Positions 47,559-57,851 are shown, counted from the first letter of the stretch. The stretch is DNA of 64,000 nucleotides from a virus (IMGVR_UViG_3300030104_006170); one strand, 5' to 3'. Notes: generated from the sequence alone by a model not told the origin. A program made the numbers and translations.

Positions 47559-48290
47559 GTCCTCTAGGAGACTCCTAACCCTAATATATGATTTTTTTGT
47601 AATATTTAACCCTCTTATTTCGTTTTTAACTTCCACTAACTTAGCTGATAAATTATCATCTTTAGACTCTTTTAATAAATCGTTAATTTTATTTAGGGTT
47701 ATTTCTTTAACATTATTAAACTCAGAACTTAAATTATCTTCTGTCATTAACAATGTATTTTTTAAAATGGTTTGTTGGTTTTCACTTAGTGAATTTCCAT
47801 ATTCTTCTCCATAATTTTTAGATAAAACATGGGAAAGTATTTTAGGGTTTTTTATTTTACCTTGGGTTTTTTTGGTTTTTAGGGTATTTTCACTTAGTAT
47901 ATTTTTTGAATTACTAACACTCTCTAAGTTAATTATAGAATTACTATAAACTATATTATCTATATTCTCATAAATAGTATTTGTTTTTTTGGTACATAGT
48001 TCTTTTCTATCAGAGATAATTTTATCTAGAATAGGACTAACTTTATTTAGTTTATGTTTGTTTCTTTTTAAAAAATCTACAGCTTCATTTATGTAGTTAA
48101 CCGAATCTTTTTCATTTTTAAACTTTTTAGTCTCTATTTCATTGTATAAAGTAAAGAATTCCCTCAATACCTTGGAGTACTTCATTGCTCCCATTACTAC
48201 AGATAAATTTCTTTTAAATTTATTAGTATCAGTAAAGGAGTTTTCTAAAATACTGTCTATATTATTTTTGTAGTAACCGAAATTTTTCAT
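47550..48290 (-). CDS. Hypothetical helical protein downstream of the portal gene
   Basis: 246 aa; late motif upstream. Confidence 0.7.
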   Translation of the reverse strand: MKNFGYYKNNIDSILENSFTDTNKFKRNLSVVMGAMKYSKVLREFFTLYNEIETKKFKNEKDSVNYINEAVDFLKRNKHKLNKVSPILDKIISDRKELCTKKTNTIYENIDNIVYSNSIINLESVSNSKNILSENTLKTKKTQGKIKNPKILSHVLSKNYGEEYGNSLSENQQTILKNTLLMTEDNLSSEFNNVKEITLNKINDLLKESKDDNLSAKLVEVKNEIRGLNITKKSYIRVRSLLEDLN

Positions 48291-48303
48291 AAGTGTCTTT
48301 TAT

Positions 48304-48311
48304 AATAAATA
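48304..48311 (-). promoter_or_regulatory. Putative late promoter TATTTATT
   Basis: 13 nt upstream of the ATG at 48290. Confidence 0.65.
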
Positions 48312-48314
48312 TAC

Positions 48315-50159
48315 TTAATCCTCTAATAATGAATCTACCTTATCATTTATACTATCAATATTATTTTTTGTTCTATTTACTACCTCCTGTAACCCATCCA
48401 AAGATAGACCTTTTTCTTCCATTAATAATGGTAACCCTTTTTCTTTTTTAAACGATTCTGCTGCTGGAACTGGTTCTGTCACTTCATCTCCACCACCAGG
48501 AGCCTCAGTTTCAGGACCACCCATATCAAAATCTGCAACATCCTGACTTCCCGTATCTAGTCCTGGTTCATCACCTGCTGTATCTGCTCCACCTTCACCA
48601 CCTTCCTCAGTTGGTGGTTCTCCGTATAATTTGTCAACAGTATTAAATAATCCTGTTTTCTTAATAGTTTCTGCAGTTTTTTCTAATTCACCTGATAATG
48701 CTTTTTCAAATCTTTGTTGTTGTAAATCTAATTTAATTTCTTCATCACTCATCCCTAAAATAAATTTCTTTGCCCATGTTGCTGATACCGGAGCTATACC
48801 ACTACCAGGGTCTCCTACAGCATCTTTATATAAAGTTATTTTAGTTTGCCATTGTTCTAACTTTAATAATTCAGCTTGTGTCGATGGGTTCGTCAATCCT
48901 AAAGAAAAATTCTCTAGTTCATCCTCAAAACCTAAAACATATAAATGAATAATAGCTATTTTATTTAATTCTTGTATAATAGCTTTTTGAATCTTATTTA
49001 TGGTTCTTGCAAATCTAATATCTAATAAAGCCAAATTTTTACCTTCTCCAACAACCTCCTCAAAACCTAAAAATGCTTTTGGTATTCTAAGAGATGCTAG
49101 GAGTTTTTTCTGGATATATTCAATATCTGCAATTTCACTTAGGTTGGTTGCTCCAGGTAGTGTATCTATTGGACTTGCCGCTGCTTGGTCTCTTACAGGT
49201 ATAAAATAATCTTGGTCAACAGCCATTTGATTCATTCTCAAATCTACATTACCGTTTTGTGGGTCAACAATAGGGTCTCTTTTAAATTTATTTGCAACTT
49301 TTTGGATATAAGCTTCGACATCCTTATCATCCATATTACCAACAAAAACTTTAAAAACTCTCCTTTCAGGTGCTCTAGAAGTTCTATAGACTAACATAGC
49401 GTCCTCAGCTAACAATAATTGTTTCCATATTCTTCTACATTTTTCCAACATTGACGTACCGTAAGGTAGTCTTCTATCATCACCTAGTAACCTAAAGTGA
49501 GCTACCTCCCAAGAATTGAATTTGATGTCTTTTTCTCTCCAATTAAATTCTACTTTATGAGCGTTAGGGTCATCGTTACTTATCTGGTTTAACGCACTAT
49601 GCCCCTCATTTCTTTCCAATTCAATATTAGGTAATTGATTAACACCGATAATTCCTTTTTCCGGGTCAATTTTAAGATAAACAAAATTATCACCATATTT
49701 ACACGTATTACGAATCCACATAGGTAAATTTGTATTAACATCTAATACGTTATTAAATAAATCACCTAAAATAGATTTAATTCTAGTGGACTCAGAGTAT
49801 ATGGACAACATGTAACCTTTTTCTGATGGTGTAGTTGCTTCTTCGGAGTATATATCTAACGCTGCTGATATTTCTGGTGTAAATTCCATTGATTCATAAT
49901 CGTAATATGAAGCTAGTCTTGTTGGTTCATAGTATACTGATTTTGTATATAATTCATTATCTATTTTTTGCCATTGATTGGATAGATAAAGTGATTGTTG
50001 CATTTGAAGTTTTTCCTTTTCAAACTCATCTTTCGAGTCTGTTTTAAGGATATCTTTTGGTAACATCTTAAATTTTTGGTACGTTGGTTCCTCTTGTGTG
50101 GGGCCACCAGGTCCAAATAATTTACTCAGTCTTTGGTATATTGTTAAGTTATCTGCCAT
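48315..50159 (-). CDS. gp20: Portal protein (T4 gp20-like)
   Basis: PEISAALDIY, RAPERRVF, QDYFIPVR, DIEYIQKKLLASLRIP; acidic C-terminal tail. Confidence 0.96.
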   Translation of the reverse strand: MADNLTIYQRLSKLFGPGGPTQEEPTYQKFKMLPKDILKTDSKDEFEKEKLQMQQSLYLSNQWQKIDNELYTKSVYYEPTRLASYYDYESMEFTPEISAALDIYSEEATTPSEKGYMLSIYSESTRIKSILGDLFNNVLDVNTNLPMWIRNTCKYGDNFVYLKIDPEKGIIGVNQLPNIELERNEGHSALNQISNDDPNAHKVEFNWREKDIKFNSWEVAHFRLLGDDRRLPYGTSMLEKCRRIWKQLLLAEDAMLVYRTSRAPERRVFKVFVGNMDDKDVEAYIQKVANKFKRDPIVDPQNGNVDLRMNQMAVDQDYFIPVRDQAAASPIDTLPGATNLSEIADIEYIQKKLLASLRIPKAFLGFEEVVGEGKNLALLDIRFARTINKIQKAIIQELNKIAIIHLYVLGFEDELENFSLGLTNPSTQAELLKLEQWQTKITLYKDAVGDPGSGIAPVSATWAKKFILGMSDEEIKLDLQQQRFEKALSGELEKTAETIKKTGLFNTVDKLYGEPPTEEGGEGGADTAGDEPGLDTGSQDVADFDMGGPETEAPGGGDEVTEPVPAAESFKKEKGLPLLMEEKGLSLDGLQEVVNRTKNNIDSINDKVDSLLED

Positions 50160-50183
50160 GTTGTTTAATAATATTAATTATTT

Positions 50184-50191
50184 TATAAATA
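50184..50191 (-). promoter_or_regulatory. Putative late promoter TATTTATA
   Basis: 24 nt upstream of the portal ATG. Confidence 0.65.
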
Positions 50192-50203
50192 GTAAATCAT
50201 TTG

Positions 50204-51949
50204 TTATCGGACCTTCCCAAATAACCACCCGTAATCTTTATACATCTGTTTTGCATCACTATTTTGATTTCCTGGTTGTCCAAAAATCCCTCTATTAGCT
50301 GGTGGTTTTCTATGTTCTGGTTCTTTACTTTCTCCATTTGCACTCCCTGAAGTGGTCCAACTATCCAACATAGCTTTAGTTAAACTATCTGCTTTTTGTA
50401 GTTGTGAAAAAGAATTTTCCCCCACATATAAAGCCATTGCTATTGCCATTATTAAATCATCGTGTTTTCCCTTCATATGATTAGGTTTACCATTTATATA
50501 GACAAAAGTATATAATTCGTTCAATAATCTTTTAGAACGTATAGTAAATTTATGTCTTAATGACTCTTCAAATGCCGCTACAATTTGACTTCGTTTATTA
50601 TTAAAAGCCAATCCTGGAGTTTTATTTCCATCATTAGGGTTGTATTTCCATTTATCAGCGGTATTCATACCTTCAACATATAGGTCTTTATACCCTAGTT
50701 CTTGTAGTTTTCTAGATGTTGCGACACCCATACCACCTGTAATGTCAGTAACAACATAAGCATTGTACATACTCCCCCATTTATATACTATATCTGCTGC
50801 TAAATCTGGCGGTATCTTACCTAAATATTCTAAAACCTGACACCTTTCATCAAAATCTATTATGATGATAGAAGTAAAATCTTCTGAGTCACCCCTACTA
50901 ACATCACACCCCAAAATATATCTGTGACCTTCTTTAGGTTTTTCCCAAACCCATAACTGATTACCCACAAACATTTCTTCTGGGTCTCTGATATCTTCAT
51001 TTTTTATTCTCTCTATTGTCTCTACTGGTATTACATTATCTCCTGAACCTAAAAAAGCACTTTCTAATTCTTGTGAAACTTTTCTTCTATCGTACTTAAG
51101 TTTTTTAACCATACTCTCAAACCAAGAAGAACAAGGTTTATAACCATTCCTAATTAAATCCTCAAACTTATCTAAACTTTTTTCATGTATAAATTCATCC
51201 TCATTATAATCTTCCCTATTTAATAAAAAATGCACTATATCTTTACATTTAACCCAAAAAAGGTCTTTTGTAAATCTGGGGTCATTTTCCCAATGTAGTT
51301 CAGAAATATGAAAACTATTTAAACCTTTGATGGCTTGTTCATATATTTCATAATATATTTTATCATAACCATTAGGTGTAGATATCACTATTACTTTACC
51401 ACCCGTGGATAAGGATGCCATACATGCCGCCCAAAAATCATCACCAGCTTCAATATATGCAGCTTCGTCAAATATTAGTGTTGTTGGTGTGTATCCCCTT
51501 AATGCATCTACTGATGTTGCTACTGCTTTAACTTCACAACCATTATTTAACTTGAAATGTTTTTGTGAGTCTTTTTCTTTAGAAAAACCTACGTTAATCC
51601 AATCAGGCCACTGATTTAAAAAACCTCTAACTTTATTTGCAAATTCAGATGCAGTATCTAATTTATTTGCAATAATAAGTATTTTTTCTGGTTTAGTTTT
51701 AGAAGCAAATTGTAATTTTTTGGACACCCAAGCTGCTGTAGCTGTTGAAACTCCGGCTTGTCTATACTTTTTAGTTATGTTGTCACTATACTCATCAAAA
51801 TTAGATAACATCATCTCCTGTTCAGGAAACAAATTAAAAGGTACATATTTAGATTGTGTATTGTCGTATGTTTCTAGATATGTTTTAATAGCATAATTAG
51901 TATCTTGTAAGCATCTTGCATATTCTTTTATCAACTCTTGTTTGTCCAT
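50204..51949 (-). CDS. gp17: Terminase large subunit (T4 gp17-like)
   Basis: YRQAGVST, IFDEAA, ISTPNG, LGCDVSRG, HDDLIMA. Confidence 0.96.
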   Translation of the reverse strand: MDKQELIKEYARCLQDTNYAIKTYLETYDNTQSKYVPFNLFPEQEMMLSNFDEYSDNITKKYRQAGVSTATAAWVSKKLQFASKTKPEKILIIANKLDTASEFANKVRGFLNQWPDWINVGFSKEKDSQKHFKLNNGCEVKAVATSVDALRGYTPTTLIFDEAAYIEAGDDFWAACMASLSTGGKVIVISTPNGYDKIYYEIYEQAIKGLNSFHISELHWENDPRFTKDLFWVKCKDIVHFLLNREDYNEDEFIHEKSLDKFEDLIRNGYKPCSSWFESMVKKLKYDRRKVSQELESAFLGSGDNVIPVETIERIKNEDIRDPEEMFVGNQLWVWEKPKEGHRYILGCDVSRGDSEDFTSIIIIDFDERCQVLEYLGKIPPDLAADIVYKWGSMYNAYVVTDITGGMGVATSRKLQELGYKDLYVEGMNTADKWKYNPNDGNKTPGLAFNNKRSQIVAAFEESLRHKFTIRSKRLLNELYTFVYINGKPNHMKGKHDDLIMAIAMALYVGENSFSQLQKADSLTKAMLDSWTTSGSANGESKEPEHRKPPANRGIFGQPGNQNSDAKQMYKDYGWLFGKVR

Positions 51950-51953
51950 ATGC

Positions 51954-51961
51954 TATAAATA
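51954..51961 (-). promoter_or_regulatory. Putative late promoter TATTTATA
   Basis: 4 nt upstream of the terminase ATG. Confidence 0.65.
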
Positions 51962-51980
51962 TCGTAAAAATATTAACTCT

Positions 51981-53300
51981 TTACAAGTTGTATAAAAAGT
52001 CTTTCTCGGCTTTTGTTAAAGAATCCATACCACTTTTATTTATTTTGTCTAAAATAGTATCCATATCTAATTCTTCAACATCTGGAGTTGGCGGTGTGTC
52101 GTCTATTGGGGTGGGAGTTTCACCAGAAACATCTTCATAGTCTTCTTGTTTTAACTGTTTAACAATATCATCAACCATTTTCTTAACCTGGTCCTTACCT
52201 TTTTGACTACCGGACAATATTTCTTTAGCTAATTTAAGAAATTCTTCAGCTTCTAGACTTACAAATTTAAAATAAAAGTAATTTTTAATTCTTTTTTGTT
52301 CCTCCATATCAAAAAAGTTATCTGGGTAAACTTCCAAAAATTTCTCCCAAATTACTGGTCCTAATCTTAAGTCCCATACTTCTGCTGGTAATGTATCTTC
52401 CATTCCAATTACCTCATCTGCCATTTCTGGGTCTGAAGGTAAACCATGAGCTGATATATATTCCATAACACCCTTATATAATTCATGAACTAAAATAGGG
52501 AACATTAGTCCTGTTGCTTTAATTGTTGGTGGGTCTGTTTCTAGGTCTAGTTCTTCTTTTCCAGCCATTGCAGACTCTGCTCCTCCTCCACCCATCATAC
52601 CTTCCATATCTGGCATCACCCAATAAAGTAAGTCATTTACTGACATTACTATAGAATATAAACCAACTAAATCTGGATTAATATCATTCAATTTTTCATT
52701 AACTAAATGATACATATAGTGTGCTTTTTTTGCTGACCCTTGTATTAAAGAATTTATAAATCTTCTTTTTTGTTTTTCCAAATCTAATTTCTGAAGTCTT
52801 TTTGCGGCCTCATCTTCCATTTCAAAGTTAGGGAATTCTAGTTCTTTTTTCTTCTTTTTTTGAGGTTTCATTTGCATTCCAGAAGTGTCAGGTTTTTCTA
52901 ATTTTGCGTCAAATTGTAAATCTCCTTCTGGTATACCCATTTCATCTACCACTAATTCTACAGCTAAATTTTCTAAAGTTTCTCTGTTTTGAGATTCTAT
53001 TTGCATAATTCTTCTTGCTGCTTGCATTAACATTGGTTGTAAAGACATGAAAGTTTGTGGGTCAATATTTTCCACACCTGTCGCGTCTTTTACTTTTTGT
53101 ACAACGTCTTGAAATCTTTGAGATGCGATTAATTCTTCAAAATTATCTGGAATACCATCTTTATCTACATCTGGAAATGCTTGATGGCCACCTAGTGGGT
53201 GTTCCTGTGACCTTAACTTACGCTCAATGTCTGGTGACATTCTTTCTCTACCAGCACCATAATCAATAGGAGGTGCTTCATTAAGTTTTTTCTTAGCCAT
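51981..53300 (-). CDS. Hypothetical protein
   Basis: 439 aa; ILVHELYKGVMEY; C-terminal LDMDTILDKINKSGMDSLTKAEKDFL. Confidence 0.75.
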   Translation of the reverse strand: MAKKKLNEAPPIDYGAGRERMSPDIERKLRSQEHPLGGHQAFPDVDKDGIPDNFEELIASQRFQDVVQKVKDATGVENIDPQTFMSLQPMLMQAARRIMQIESQNRETLENLAVELVVDEMGIPEGDLQFDAKLEKPDTSGMQMKPQKKKKKELEFPNFEMEDEAAKRLQKLDLEKQKRRFINSLIQGSAKKAHYMYHLVNEKLNDINPDLVGLYSIVMSVNDLLYWVMPDMEGMMGGGGAESAMAGKEELDLETDPPTIKATGLMFPILVHELYKGVMEYISAHGLPSDPEMADEVIGMEDTLPAEVWDLRLGPVIWEKFLEVYPDNFFDMEEQKRIKNYFYFKFVSLEAEEFLKLAKEILSGSQKGKDQVKKMVDDIVKQLKQEDYEDVSGETPTPIDDTPPTPDVEELDMDTILDKINKSGMDSLTKAEKDFLYNL

Positions 53301-54372
53301 GTTGTGTTAGTGCTTTACCTAAATTAGTTGATTTTAACCAATCCGGTAAAGAAGAGTCATTACCTCTAGCTTTAGGTTTTGGTTTGGTTTTTGGTTTTTC
53401 GAATGGTCCTCTTCTTTTCTTTTCTCCTGGTTTTGTTGGGGCTATGGTTGGTGTTTTTACTGGGGCAGTATCTACGGGAGCTCCTATATAGTCTCCTTCA
53501 TCATCTCTATCAGTTTCACTTAATTCCATACCACCTACAGCATTACCATTAAGTTTTATGTTACCTGATGGACAAATATTTAACTCTATAATTTGTTCGT
53601 TTTCTGGGTTTTGGAGGTACCCATTCATGTGTCCGTCATCATCAAACCCATCAACTTCCACTGTCATAGGAGGTGTCATTTCTGAAGCGATATCCATAAC
53701 CGTAGCAAATGAATCTTTTTGTGAATCAGTACCTATTGTATATGGTGAATCCGTATCCACACCATTTAAATTTTCTTTTATAGTTTTTATAAAATTTCCT
53801 TTTGTAATTGTTGGTAGTTCCCTAGATTCCACTAACGACATTATCCAACTCTCCAGAGCTTCTTGTTCATTTACATATTCAGGTAATTTTTCATAATCTG
53901 ACTTACTCATCTTTGATGCTAATTTTTCTGCTGCTGCAGGGTTAACTGAGTATAAGTATTTTTGTTGAGCTTTGGAGGCAAATTTTTCTTCCACTTCTTG
54001 TGGTAGTTCAACTAACAATGGTTCTCCATCTATATCAACTTCTGGATTTCCCATTGGGTCGGTTTCTATATTTTTTTCTTCTTCGGTTTTATATTCTTCA
54101 TTTGTAGTTACTGTTACCGAACCATCATCATTAGGTGTTACAGTACCGTCAACATTTAACCCACCATCATCCTGTTTCATTTTATCTACTTCTGATTTAG
54201 TATATGTTGTTTTTGTTACAGTTTTCTTTTCAGCTTCATTGAAGAGTTTTTTACTTAGTGCTTTTAACTGTGTGTCTGAAAATGAAGATAGGGTTCTATG
54301 AGTGAACCCTTCTTTTAAAAATCTTTTAACTAATTCTTTTCTATTATTTAACATGCTCGAATTTTTTATCAA
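53293..54372 (-). CDS. Hypothetical protein
   Basis: 359 aa; Pro/Lys-rich C-terminus. Confidence 0.7.
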   Translation of the reverse strand: MIKNSSMLNNRKELVKRFLKEGFTHRTLSSFSDTQLKALSKKLFNEAEKKTVTKTTYTKSEVDKMKQDDGGLNVDGTVTPNDDGSVTVTTNEEYKTEEEKNIETDPMGNPEVDIDGEPLLVELPQEVEEKFASKAQQKYLYSVNPAAAEKLASKMSKSDYEKLPEYVNEQEALESWIMSLVESRELPTITKGNFIKTIKENLNGVDTDSPYTIGTDSQKDSFATVMDIASEMTPPMTVEVDGFDDDGHMNGYLQNPENEQIIELNICPSGNIKLNGNAVGGMELSETDRDDEGDYIGAPVDTAPVKTPTIAPTKPGEKKRRGPFEKPKTKPKPKARGNDSSLPDWLKSTNLGKALTQHG

Positions 54373-54751
54373 ATTTTAATATTATATCACGTGAATATAA
54401 TTTATCTTTTACTTTTTGTAGTGTTTCCCCAAAATGAAAAACTAACCTTTCTTCATCACCATTCTCATAGTCTTCTTCATATGTTTCCCACCCTAGAGCT
54501 ATCACATTATCTAAAGCGTGTTCCATACTAAAATAATCTGAGTTTTGTACTAAATCTAAAGCTACTTTAGTATTATTTAATACTCCGACTGTTTCAATAT
54601 ATTGTAATTCTGGAGGTCCTGGTTTACCATGTGCTGGTATAGCGTCCCATTCATCACCCCATAATTCTTCTGTTTCACTACCAAAAATAAATTCATAAAT
54701 GTTCTCATTTTTGTAATTGGGTCCTAGTTCATTTATGAATAAAAGTTTCAT
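54344..54751 (-). CDS. Hypothetical protein
   Basis: 135 aa; within the operon. Confidence 0.7.
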   Translation of the reverse strand: MKLLFINELGPNYKNENIYEFIFGSETEELWGDEWDAIPAHGKPGPPELQYIETVGVLNNTKVALDLVQNSDYFSMEHALDNVIALGWETYEEDYENGDEERLVFHFGETLQKVKDKLYSRDIILKFDKKFEHVK

Positions 54752-54752
54752 C

Positions 54753-55946
54753 CTACTTTATACTACCATCTTTTTTTATAACTACTTTTTTGTTTGTGGA
54801 TTCTAAAATTACATCCCCGTCCTTGTTTTCTTTATTTAATTTAATGTCCTGATTTTCTTTTAATACTTTTTTAATACTTAACTCTTGTTCTACTGTTTTA
54901 GCTACTTTAGTTAGTTTATTTTCTTTTAGTACATTTTTTAATCTAGATTGTAAGTATTCTTTTGGGTCTACGGACTTAGTTTCTTTTTTTTTATCTTTTT
55001 TTGTAATATAAGATTCTAAAAGACTACCAACTCTTTGTTTTAGAGATTCCATAGCCATTTCTTCATCTTCCATATCCATATCCATATCTATCTCTTCATC
55101 ACCCATATCCATGTCATCATCAGAACCTTCCATATCCATATCCATATCTACATCCATTTCTTCTTCATCACCATAACTTGTTTCATCCTCTTCAAATCTA
55201 TCTAACACATCTTCTTTGTCCTCATCATCTAAATTATCTAAATCAACAGCAGAAATGACAGAATTTAAAACATACTTAATATCTGAACTACCCATTTCTT
55301 CCTCAACGTCACGTAATTTTTGTCCTAACTTACCAGTTAACTTTTGGATTGATTTCATAAAACCTTCCATGTCTTCTTCGCCACCCATTTCATCTTCAAC
55401 ATCAACATCCATTTCTTCATCACCCATCTCATCTTCCATATCCATATCCATGTCAATATCGTCATCTCCCATATCGTCTTCCATATCCATGTCCATATCC
55501 ATTTCTTCGTCACCACCTTCATTAGGTACATTTAAAACAAATTTTTCTTGTTCATCCATTTCATTATAGGCTTCATCTACTTCATCATAAGCTTCATACA
55601 TACTATCACCTTTTCCATCGTTATAAGCTTCGTTTAATGGTTTGAATATTAGATTCATTCTCTTAAGTGCAGCAGAATAACTTTTAAACCTATCTTTCTT
55701 TTTATTCATTCCACCACTTATATAGTCTAATTCAGATTCATTGATACCTGATTTTAAATAATAACCATCCTTTTCTTGGATTATAGCATATGTTTTACCG
55801 TCTGCTGCTTTTTTACTGAATGAATTAGTGTTAGTGTGATACTCGTCATTTTTTTTGACTTCACCATAACGAGCAATTTCCATGATTCTTTTAATCTTGT
55901 CTTGTCCCGTTAATTTTTCACTTCCTATAGGTTTTAATTTTCCCAT
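54753..55946 (-). CDS. Hypothetical protein with Asp/Glu/Met-rich low-complexity tracts
   Basis: 397 aa; two DMDMDMED-type tracts. Confidence 0.75.
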   Translation of the reverse strand: MGKLKPIGSEKLTGQDKIKRIMEIARYGEVKKNDEYHTNTNSFSKKAADGKTYAIIQEKDGYYLKSGINESELDYISGGMNKKKDRFKSYSAALKRMNLIFKPLNEAYNDGKGDSMYEAYDEVDEAYNEMDEQEKFVLNVPNEGGDEEMDMDMDMEDDMGDDDIDMDMDMEDEMGDEEMDVDVEDEMGGEEDMEGFMKSIQKLTGKLGQKLRDVEEEMGSSDIKYVLNSVISAVDLDNLDDEDKEDVLDRFEEDETSYGDEEEMDVDMDMDMEGSDDDMDMGDEEIDMDMDMEDEEMAMESLKQRVGSLLESYITKKDKKKETKSVDPKEYLQSRLKNVLKENKLTKVAKTVEQELSIKKVLKENQDIKLNKENKDGDVILESTNKKVVIKKDGSIK

Positions 55947-55973
55947 TTTATTTATCTTTAATTTTAATTTATT

Positions 55974-56336
55974 TTAACTATTTTGTCCACCATTACCAAT
56001 TATTGTTGGTTTCCATATATCGGAAGATGCACCTGAATAATTAACAGCTGATGGTGCTGTTATTCCGGACATTATTGATAGACAACTACAATCATAACAT
56101 AGAAAATATACTCCAACAGGTGCAGCTGTTAGTTGTCCTGGATTTAACAATAAATCTATATTTTCTGCTTCTCCTAGATTAAAAGTTACACCTCCTACTT
56201 GAAATGTGGCTGTGGTAGCACTAGCTACTACACCCGTACATGCATATGTTTTGTAGGTTGTATTTCTACTATCGTAAAGCGTAGTGCCTCCGATAGGTGT
56301 TGTTGGGATAGAACTTCCTCCGTAATTTCCTGCCAT
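55974..56336 (-). CDS. Small Thr/Gly/Cys-rich putative virion protein
   Basis: 120 aa; late motif upstream. Confidence 0.65.
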   Translation of the reverse strand: MAGNYGGSSIPTTPIGGTTLYDSRNTTYKTYACTGVVASATTATFQVGGVTFNLGEAENIDLLLNPGQLTAAPVGVYFLCYDCSCLSIMSGITAPSAVNYSGASSDIWKPTIIGNGGQNS

Positions 56337-56355
56337 AATTAATTAATTATTTATT

Positions 56356-56363
56356 TATAAATA
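56356..56363 (-). promoter_or_regulatory. Putative late promoter TATTTATA
   Basis: 19 nt upstream of the ATG at 56336. Confidence 0.65.
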
Positions 56364-56366
56364 TAC

Positions 56367-57110
56367 TTAAATACGAGAAACATTTTCATCTAATGTAAGA
56401 TTTTTATCTATTAGATAATTTCTAACATCATTTAATTTCTTTAAGTATCCATTTCTACGTAAAAATTTAAATGTTAAATTTTCATATGAGTACTCTCCTT
56501 TATCTTCTAATCCAGCTCCCCTATACTTTTTTATTTTATTTTTAAACTTCTGTATGTCGTCTAATACCTCATCAGGTTCTTGTCTTCTAGAGTTAACTTC
56601 AAATTTGTCTATTTGGGACATCCAATTCTTTGACTTATTTAATATTTTTTTGGAATCTATAGAAACTTCTTCTTCTTTTGGTTCTACTATCCAGTCATTA
56701 TATAATACTGAATAAACACCACTAGCAAAATGTGGTTCCTTACTATCTTGTACATATATCTCAACATCAAAACCTTTAACTGTCACATCTCGTAGTGAAT
56801 TCCATATAATTCTTTTACTATCTAAATATTTTTTAAGTAATGGGTCAGTATTTTCAAAATCCATAAGTATGTGTAAATCAACATCAGAAAATTCAGACCA
56901 ATTAAAATTAGATAAAGAACCGGTTAAAGTTATATCATCTATATCTAACTCTACATCTACAAAATCTTCATAATCTTTAACTATATCTAATAAAGAAATC
57001 CTAATTTCTGGTTTCATTTTATAGCTTTCGCCATCATAATACCAAATATTAGGATTAAGTTCATCTTGTACTTTAAAGCTACTTATAATATTTTTGTTTG
57101 TAGTTTCCAT
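56367..57110 (-). CDS. Nucleotidyltransferase (Pol-beta superfamily)
   Basis: LTGS-x10-SDVDLHI and a third acid in DVEIYVQD. Confidence 0.8.
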   Translation of the reverse strand: METTNKNIISSFKVQDELNPNIWYYDGESYKMKPEIRISLLDIVKDYEDFVDVELDIDDITLTGSLSNFNWSEFSDVDLHILMDFENTDPLLKKYLDSKRIIWNSLRDVTVKGFDVEIYVQDSKEPHFASGVYSVLYNDWIVEPKEEEVSIDSKKILNKSKNWMSQIDKFEVNSRRQEPDEVLDDIQKFKNKIKKYRGAGLEDKGEYSYENLTFKFLRRNGYLKKLNDVRNYLIDKNLTLDENVSRI

Positions 57111-57114
57111 ATAC

Positions 57115-57122
57115 TATAAATA
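57115..57122 (-). promoter_or_regulatory. Putative late promoter TATTTATA
   Basis: 4 nt upstream of the ATG at 57110. Confidence 0.65.
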
Positions 57123-57136
57123 TAGTTAAGAAAAGT

Positions 57137-57382
57137 CTACGACAATTTTTTGTATTTATAACTTTTAGAAATATTTTTAGAGAAGTAAGAACCTTGACTT
57201 TCCGCTAATCTCATTTGTGTGAATATCTTCATAGGTACTTTTTCATATGAATACTTACCCCCCTTTTTAAATTCAACAATTAGTTCACTGGTAATAGTAT
57301 TATACTCGGAACTTTTTAAGTTGGAGGAATCGTATTCATTTAAAATTAATTTACCCACTATTTTTTCTTTTTTAATACTCAT
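57137..57382 (-). CDS. KTSC domain protein
   Basis: SSNLKSSEY...ELIVEFKKGGKYSY..VP......AESQGSYFSKNI; likely start 57382 rather than 57430. Confidence 0.88.
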   Translation of the reverse strand: MSIKKEKIVGKLILNEYDSSNLKSSEYNTITSELIVEFKKGGKYSYEKVPMKIFTQMRLAESQGSYFSKNISKSYKYKKLS

Positions 57383-57383
57383 T

Positions 57384-57818
57384 TTATTGTGGATTTTGTG
57401 CAGCTTGTACTTGTGGTTGTCCTGGACCATTATTAATTGGTGGTTGAGTTGGGATTTTACCGTTTATCTGTTGCATAGTTTGGTTCATTTGATTTAACAA
57501 TAAAGTTAAGTTTTTAACCGTATTATGTAGTTGGTCGATTCTTTCCTCAAACCTTAGGGTCTTCATAGGTGTATTTTTAAAGTGATTAATTTTACCAATT
57601 AACTCTTCGGGTGTTCTAAAGTCTCTATTTGGTAACCAAATCTCTTCTTGCATTACAATAGTGGGTGTCATCCCAATACCGGTAATCCTAACTAATTCAT
57701 TCCATTCTTTTTCGTTATCTTTAGCTACTACTTCTTCGTATTCTAATTCTGCATTATTAAGTTGTTCCTTAATTCTATTACAATAATGACATGTTGGGTT
57801 TGTGTATATTTTAAACAT
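57384..57818 (-). CDS. Glutaredoxin-like protein with a C-terminal coiled coil and Q/P-rich tail
   Basis: IYTNPTCHYC, TPTI. Confidence 0.85.
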   Translation of the reverse strand: MFKIYTNPTCHYCNRIKEQLNNAELEYEEVVAKDNEKEWNELVRITGIGMTPTIVMQEEIWLPNRDFRTPEELIGKINHFKNTPMKTLRFEERIDQLHNTVKNLTLLLNQMNQTMQQINGKIPTQPPINNGPGQPQVQAAQNPQ

Positions 57819-57838
57819 AATTCTTTTTTTTTAAAATT

Positions 57839-57846
57839 TATAAATA
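57839..57846 (-). promoter_or_regulatory. Putative late promoter TATTTATA
   Basis: 20 nt upstream of the glutaredoxin ATG. Confidence 0.6.
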
Positions 57847-57851
57847 AAAAT

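Noticed and set aside
5755-51949. Inteins or introns in the polymerase, terminase or capsid genes
   Set aside because: No C/S...HN-C/S/T splice junctions or homing-endonuclease motifs seen; lengths are explained by small insertions
57383-57430. N-terminal extension of the KTSC ORF; likewise 23186-23230 for the DUF3431-like gene
   Set aside because: These extensions overlap the upstream gene; the downstream ATGs sit at the gene junctions
1254-57846. TATAAATA read as canonical T4 promoters driving antisense RNA
   Set aside because: At all 18 sites the gene start lies on the TATTTAT side, including both halves of the divergent pair at 11640-11673
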